Of a DNA stretch of 23,855 nt, positions 23,841 through 23,855 are shown piece by piece. The translations under genes and the position numbers were made by a program. Position 1 is the stretch's first letter. Each line of letters begins with the position of its first letter. This DNA comes from Armatimonadota bacterium (GTDB lineage Bacteria; Armatimonadota; Zipacnadia; Zipacnadales; UBA5352), in contig JAYENL010000252.1 in assembly GCA_034722055.1 (NCBI GenBank), positions 1-23,855 of the forward strand, read 5' to 3'. The notes below the pieces were generated by a model, which did no database searches, was not told where the DNA came from, and worked only from the letters and a program-made list of their open reading frames with translations.

Positions 23841-23855
23841 TGTCGTTGCGTGAGG

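Overview
GC-rich bacterial chromosomal segment from a diderm, flagellated organism (L- and P-ring genes are present; an Armatimonadota-like origin is only an impression and is not demonstrated). In order, it holds: a secreted GH5 endoglycoceramidase-like hydrolase (-); a yvcK-gap-pgk-tpiA operon (+); a convergent flagellar operon flgF-G-A-H-I-J-M-N-K-L (-) with a near-consensus sigma-28 promoter; a DUF4838-type protein (+); a small membrane protein plus a TauE/SafE permease behind a consensus sigma-70 promoter with palindromic operator candidates; an uncharacterised EF-hand lipoprotein plus a beta-barrel-like protein; and an enolase-superfamily enzyme. The intergenic DNA is the most unusual part. 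It carries a family of non-coding repeat modules (AGCTAWC heptamer arrays with ACGGCAACGGC-like tails and REP-like hairpins, some split by structured inserts). One 424-bp module sits between flgK and flgL, flanked by a 22-bp near-perfect direct duplication of the flgL RBS and start codon. No transposase, CRISPR array, tRNA or rRNA was recognised.
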